Shown piece by piece: positions 59,183 to 64,000 of a stretch of 64,000 bases of DNA (within the stretch, counting starts at the first letter, position 1; every line of letters starts with the position of its first letter). The stretch comes from an uncultured virus (IMG/VR IMGVR_UViG_3300038441_002670) (Duplodnaviria; Heunggongvirae; Uroviricota; Caudoviricetes). Position numbers and translations under genes: made by a program. The stretch lies in IMG/VR virus record IMGVR_UViG_3300038441_002670; one strand, 5' to 3'. The notes under the pieces are model-generated. The model ran no database searches and was not told where the DNA came from. It was given only the letters and a program-made list of their open reading frames with translations.

Positions 59183-59391
59183 GTGTCCCCTCCCCCCTGA
59201 TGGGGGAGGCAATACGTGCCGTCCTCCGACCACAGGAGCCGTCCCTCGTGCAGCATCCGCAGGCAGGCGCGATACGTCGCCAGGCGCGGGGCCTGAATGT
59301 GCTTGGCGATGACGCGGTAGTGCTGCGGGCTCTCGGTGCGGCGTAAGTAGGCAGCAATGCGCAAGGACAAGGGGATATGGGTCGCGGTCAT
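59179..59391 (-). CDS. small winged-helix-like protein, copy 1
   Basis: LRIAAYLRRTESPQHYRVIAKHI...RMLHEGRL...GTYCL. Confidence 0.65.
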   Translation of the reverse strand: MTATHIPLSLRIAAYLRRTESPQHYRVIAKHIQAPRLATYRACLRMLHEGRLLWSEDGTYCLPHQGGGDT

Positions 59392-60315
59392 GGTGTCTCC
59401 TTCTCGGGATGCGGGCGCGGGCCTTCGCGCATGTTTCCCAGTTGCGCGGGGTCGCGGCCATAGTAGGGGTCCGCAATGCTCTTGTCGTGCAGGATGCGGC
59501 GGCCACCGCCGCGGTCGCGCTTGGCGTGGTCGGCATAGGTATGCTCTTTGCCCAGGCCGTGACAATGGGGTGGACTCGCCAGGCAGGCGTCGAGCGTGCC
59601 GGGGGGGAGGGACCCGAGCTGGCCCTCGGTGGTGCCGTAGGAGTGGCCCATTTTGCGTAACATTGTTCGCACGCGCGTATCAATGTCTCTGCTTGTCTGG
59701 TCGCGCGCATTGTCTCGAAGGGCACAGATACGGGCTTGTTCTTCTGTCAGCGTGCCACTATTGAGGCTGCCCTGAAACGGTGGACTTGCCACACAAGCGC
59801 TGACCTGCTCCCGCAGTATCTTGCCCAGTTCCCGCGAATCGCCTTGGAGCAGCGTGGGCGCCACGTACTGCGGCAGGTGCCCGTAGCGTCTTGCCCACAA
59901 TTCCAGGTTGCCGGTGACGTGGTGCGCCGCGTGATCGCCCTGCTGGCTACACGCCTCGTGCTTGGCCGCACTGCCGCCACAGTCGAAGCCGTGGGCGATG
60001 GCATGAAAGCGCAGCTCCAACTCGCACCCGATGAACCGATACCCGGCGAGGGCGGCATCGAGCCCGCCAAGTCCCGTGCCAGAAAAGCAATCGAGGACGG
60101 TGTCTCCCGGCTTCAGCCATCCTTCCTCAGCACAGTGCTTATAGATAGTTTGTATCAAACTACGAGAAAATTTAGCTGGGTCCTCAGTGGGCGAAGGCTT
60201 CAGGACACAACAGCCCGGCCCAAGTGCTGGAATAGCACTTCTCCCAGACGTCCTGAAGCACTTCGCCCCTATCCTTCCTTGTACTTTGCATGGTTTTCCT
60301 CGCTGGCCGCCTCAT
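59388..60315 (-). pseudogene. N4/N6 DNA methyltransferase, interrupted by a 7-nt insert/TGA and probably truncated
   Basis: VLDCFSGTG, IGCELE, QGDSR, SPPF; AFAH|PAKF split by TGAGGAC at 60186-60180. Confidence 0.7.
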
Positions 60316-60599
60316 TTTCCTGTCCCTTCCTCGGCCGTCAGCGCAGCATGCCAGCGCGCCTCACACGCCGCACAGAGCGGGGCGGGCCAGGTCGTGGGGG
60401 GTGGGAAGCGGAGGAACCGCACCAGATCCCAGGGGTGCACGTCGTACACGCGGGCGAAGCGCACCAGGTCGTTGAGCGTGAGGGGGCGCTCGCGGCTCTC
60501 CTTGCGCGAGACCCACGTTTTGGAGCGCTTCAGCACCTCGGCCACGGCTGCTTGCTGCAACCCCCGGTCATCCCGCACGGCCTGCAAGAGCAACTGCAT
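60312..60599 (-). CDS. XRE/Cro-like HTH regulator
   Basis: RGLQQAAVAEVLKRSKTWVSRKE. Confidence 0.8.
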   Translation of the reverse strand: MQLLLQAVRDDRGLQQAAVAEVLKRSKTWVSRKESRERPLTLNDLVRFARVYDVHPWDLVRFLRFPPPTTWPAPLCAACEARWHAALTAEEGTGK

Positions 60600-60791
60600 G
60601 AGCCCCTCCCTCCCTGCATAAGCATGATTGCCACTGTGGCATCATAGCGGATTTTGCCCCAGAAGCAAACATCAAGATCCCGCCATGTGACACACCGAAC
60701 GCGTAAATGATTGCATTTGGTACATGGATGGCGTAGAGTTGCCAGAGCGGCAACTGTGTGTCTAACAGCAACTCTGGGGAGGCCCTCGTGC

Positions 60792-61154
60792 ATGGCGCAC
60801 TGCTTTGAACGTCCCCTCCGCCCCGAGGAGGATTTGCCGTATTGCGGGCGCGTGGTCCGTGCCGCCCGTCACCTTTGCGGGCTGACCATGAAAGAGTTGA
60901 GTAGAGAGGCCCGCGTCTCGCGGGGACCCTTGAATCGCTTGGAACTCGGCCATTCGTTCCCCCAGCTGCCCCATTTCGTGTCGATCTGTCGAGAGCTCCA
61001 CCTGTCGATGGATGCGCTGTTCGGCCTAGAGGCAGATCCCACGGAAAAGCAACTGTTTCTCGAATTGCGGAAGCGTCCTGGCCTGGCCCAGGCGTTCCTC
61101 GGCATGCTCGAAGTGGAGCATCCCCTTCGCGTACAGTCACGGAGCGCGTCGTAA
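60792..61154 (+). CDS. XRE-family repressor (CI-like), divergent from the Cro-like gene
   Basis: GLTMKELSREARVSRGPLNRLELG...SMDALFG; GGAGG RBS. Confidence 0.8.
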   Translation: MAHCFERPLRPEEDLPYCGRVVRAARHLCGLTMKELSREARVSRGPLNRLELGHSFPQLPHFVSICRELHLSMDALFGLEADPTEKQLFLELRKRPGLAQAFLGMLEVEHPLRVQSRSAS

Positions 61155-62524
61155 GCCTCTATGGGCTTTTTTCTGGTGTGCTATCGGGAAAGGGGCTAGC
61201 TATTCTGTAAATAAGGTGCTAATCTCGCTGCAACACAGACAAACCACGCTGAGGTTGGCCTTCCCCCTGGTGGAGGTGCGGATGGGAAGATCTGTCTTGT
61301 TGCATGACGAGGACACCGGAGAGGGCACGGTCCCGTCTCCACGAACCCAACTCCATGACCTGGTCGAAAACCTTACCGAGGAGGCCGTGCCTCCGGTGTT
61401 GGCCTTGTTGGCGCTCTGGCTGGAAGGGCCGCGCGCCCTGCTCCCCGTGGTGGGGCTGGCCTTTGTCGTCGGCACCTCTTAAGCGATGTCTGGGGCGACG
61501 GGCCGGGAGGGATCGGCCTTTGTGCCTTCCCGCATGCGCTCGTGGAGAATGCCCTATGGCTCTGTTCAAACGTGCGCCCGCCGTGCGCATGCCCCCACGC
61601 TATACGTGGCTCTGGATCGCCTGGGTGATCGCGTTCGGGCTGCTCGGGCTGCTCTCGACCTGCCCTGGTGTGATTGTCTACTAACCTGTACGGAGGTCTG
61701 CGATGGCCCTGTTCCCCGCGTCGGCAAGCCCGTCCGCCCTGGCCGTCCTCGGCGTCGTGGTGCTCCTGCCCCTCACCCTTGCCGCGTGGGGCATTGGCCT
61801 TGCCGCGCTCTGGCTCTGTGACCGCGTGTGCTGGCCGCTGTCGCCACCTGCCGCGCCGCTCGTGCCAGACGTGGACACCGAGACGGAGTATGGTTGGGCA
61901 CAGTCGTCTCCCACTGAGCGCTAGACGCTCGACACAGGGAGGTGTCTGGTGACACCCATGGACGATCTTCACGCGGCGCTCGTGGCCGCTCTCGCCGCCG
62001 CAGAGGCGGAACTGTGTACCGTCGAGGCGGCCGTCGTGCATCTCCAGCGCCTGGCCTATGCCCTTGAGTGCCACGCGGCCGTGTTACGGAGTTTTATGGG
62101 CGTCGGACACACGCTGCTTGAGCAAAAAGATGCGTACGCGATGGGTGATGCCACGCCAGGGGGATAACGTCCCATGCTGCCAACCCTCGCGCTGCTGGTG
62201 CTGCTGGTGGGCGTCGCTGGATACTTCGGGACGCGCTACCGTCAGGCCCACGACCGCCATGGCCTTACCGGGCGTGCGGCCCTGCGCTGGATGCTGACGG
62301 GTGTCGTGCGGCCTACGGACGACTGTTGACGGTCTCTCCGGTCTCTCCGCTCTTTCCCTTTCTATTTTACTATGAGTAAATAACACTTCGCCTTTCGCAT
62401 AAATCACTTCATGCATTTTTTATTTGCACATTGCGAGAAATGGTGTATGCTCTGCTTAAACGTGGGAAAGTTCGTATCCTTTTCTCGTAGCTCACCGACA
62501 CATCACTGTGGAAAGACGGGAGGG

Positions 62525-62989
62525 ATGACCGAACCGCAAGTACATGATCCGCGTGATGAGATCGCTCGGCGGCTCGATGACCTGCGCGAGGCCAAGGGGC
62601 TCTCGATGTCCGAGGTCGCCAGCCTGGCAGGTGTCAAAATTGGCGTCCTCTCCAATCTCCATACGGGGAGGCGAAAGGGACGCAATATGAAATTGGGGGT
62701 GGCGGCGGCTGTCTGTCGTGCGCTCGGGGCCAGGGTCGGTCGGGACCTGCTCGGAGAAGAGGAGTTGCCGCTACCGCCGGGGTTCGACCTCGGGAAGATG
62801 ACCCCGACGGAGAAAGACAATTTACTGATTCGCCTGATGGCGGAGGTGCTGCGTCAGGGGCTGCAAATTCCCCCGACGCTCGTGCCGAGGAGCAATGATG
62901 CCGACGAAACCGGACGACGAACACGTGCTCGCGCTACCCCCAGATCCCGAAGGCGAGGCCGAGGAAGCACGGGTGATGGAAATGTCTGA
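62525..62989 (+). CDS. XRE-family HTH regulator
   Basis: LREAKGLSMSEVASLAGV...LSNL.TG. Confidence 0.75.
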   Translation: MTEPQVHDPRDEIARRLDDLREAKGLSMSEVASLAGVKIGVLSNLHTGRRKGRNMKLGVAAAVCRALGARVGRDLLGEEELPLPPGFDLGKMTPTEKDNLLIRLMAEVLRQGLQIPPTLVPRSNDADETGRRTRARATPRSRRRGRGSTGDGNV

Positions 62990-63133
62990 GGAAGAGTTCG
63001 CCAGGTACATGACCGAAGGGGAGGATGGTCTCGCCTTCGGCGCGTGAATCGACAGGAAGCACGGGGAGGGAGGCTACCAACCGTCTCCCCATGCTGGAGG
63101 TCTCGCAGCCCATCTCCCTTGAAAGGAGACTGT

Positions 63134-63658
63134 GTGGCTAGTGTACCATCTTTTTCCTCCATACCACTAGCCAGTCGTGCGCGCACGACCCGCCCTCAGC
63201 GCAGCACCCTGCTCCTCGCGGGCTTCCTGTGCCTCGTTGTGGGCAGTACGCGCTGGCTGCGCTTCAACGTCAGCCACAGCCTCCCCTACGGTCTCTATCG
63301 CCTGCATGCGGTGCCTCCCACGCTGACCCGGGGCATGCTCGTCCTCATGCCAGTACCGCCGAGCGTACAGCATGTCTGGTCGCGTTGGGTGCCGCTCCTC
63401 AAGCCTATCGCCGGGGTGCCGGGGGACCGTATTGAGCTGCTCGGTGAGGACCTCCGCATTCATGACGTGTCTTTTGGTCCGGTGCTTGTGCACGCGCACG
63501 GCCAGGCGCTCCCCCAGATACGAGGTAGTTGGATCGTGGCAGACGATGAAATCTTTGTCGCGTCCACCGTCCCGCGCAGTCTGGACGGTCGCTATTTCGG
63601 TTGTACCAAGGTGGCGGCGCTTACGGCGGTCGCTACCCCTTTGCTGACCTGGAGGTAA
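63134..63658 (+). CDS. S26 family signal peptidase (conjugative TraF-like)
   Basis: TM segment, NVSHSLPYGLY (Ser), LLKPIAGVPGD (Lys), SLDGRYFG. Confidence 0.85.
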   Translation: MASVPSFSSIPLASRARTTRPQRSTLLLAGFLCLVVGSTRWLRFNVSHSLPYGLYRLHAVPPTLTRGMLVLMPVPPSVQHVWSRWVPLLKPIAGVPGDRIELLGEDLRIHDVSFGPVLVHAHGQALPQIRGSWIVADDEIFVASTVPRSLDGRYFGCTKVAALTAVATPLLTWR

Positions 63659-64000
63659 CGTCAATGGCTCATCCATTCCTACGCCAACGCGCCGCGCACT
63701 TTGTCGCGTGGTGCATGAGCAAGGCCTTTACCCGTGACCAGGACCCGTCGCGGGACCCTCGGCAGGAGCCTGGTGCGCTGGAGCGGTTCCAGGATCGCCG
63801 CTCTGAGGCCGAGCGTCAACGCGAGATGGTGACTCGTCACTACCACGGGGGGCGCTATGGCCGATAGCTTAGGCGAAACCTTTGCCGCCTTTCATACGCG
63901 CTGGGAGGCGCTCTTTGCGAGTCAGCAGCAGCACTGGCAGGAGTACGACGCTGCGAATCCGACCCTCCTTGATACGCTGGAAGGGTTGCAAGAGCGTATG

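Noticed and set aside
1..64000. Integrase, att sites, tRNA and rRNA genes
   Set aside because: None recognised; the temperate lifestyle is inferred only from the divergent XRE pair

Overview
This 64 kb window is most of a GC-rich, probably temperate siphovirus-like phage or prophage genome; no integrase or att site is visible. Plus strand, 1-47.7 kb: a preQ0 (7-deazaguanine) operon (queC, queD, queE and a PRTase-FolE fusion), terminase, portal, minor head, scaffold and major capsid genes. These are followed by head-tail joining genes interleaved with a decoration/fibre cluster, two tail-tube paralogs, G/GT chaperones, tape measure, a lambda-like tail tip (Dit, L, K, I-J), an S74-chaperone fibre, seven fibre/adhesin-like genes with signal peptides and holin-like membrane genes. 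Minus strand, 47.8-60.6 kb: GH19 lysin, SWIM/annealase, UvrD helicase, a putative origin, nucleases and a broken methyltransferase. After that come divergent XRE regulators and a TraF-like S26 peptidase. Four free-standing HNH/EndoVII genes have their own promoters and structured leaders. The most unusual signals are (i) seven consecutive tail-fibre/adhesin-type genes carrying Sec-type signal peptides, (ii) a prfB-like CUU-UGA-C +1 frameshift in the tail-tip L gene, (iii) five GGGAU-loop hairpins ending on the scaffold RBS and (iv) the PRTase fused to GTP cyclohydrolase I. All calls come from reading motifs by eye; no searches were run.
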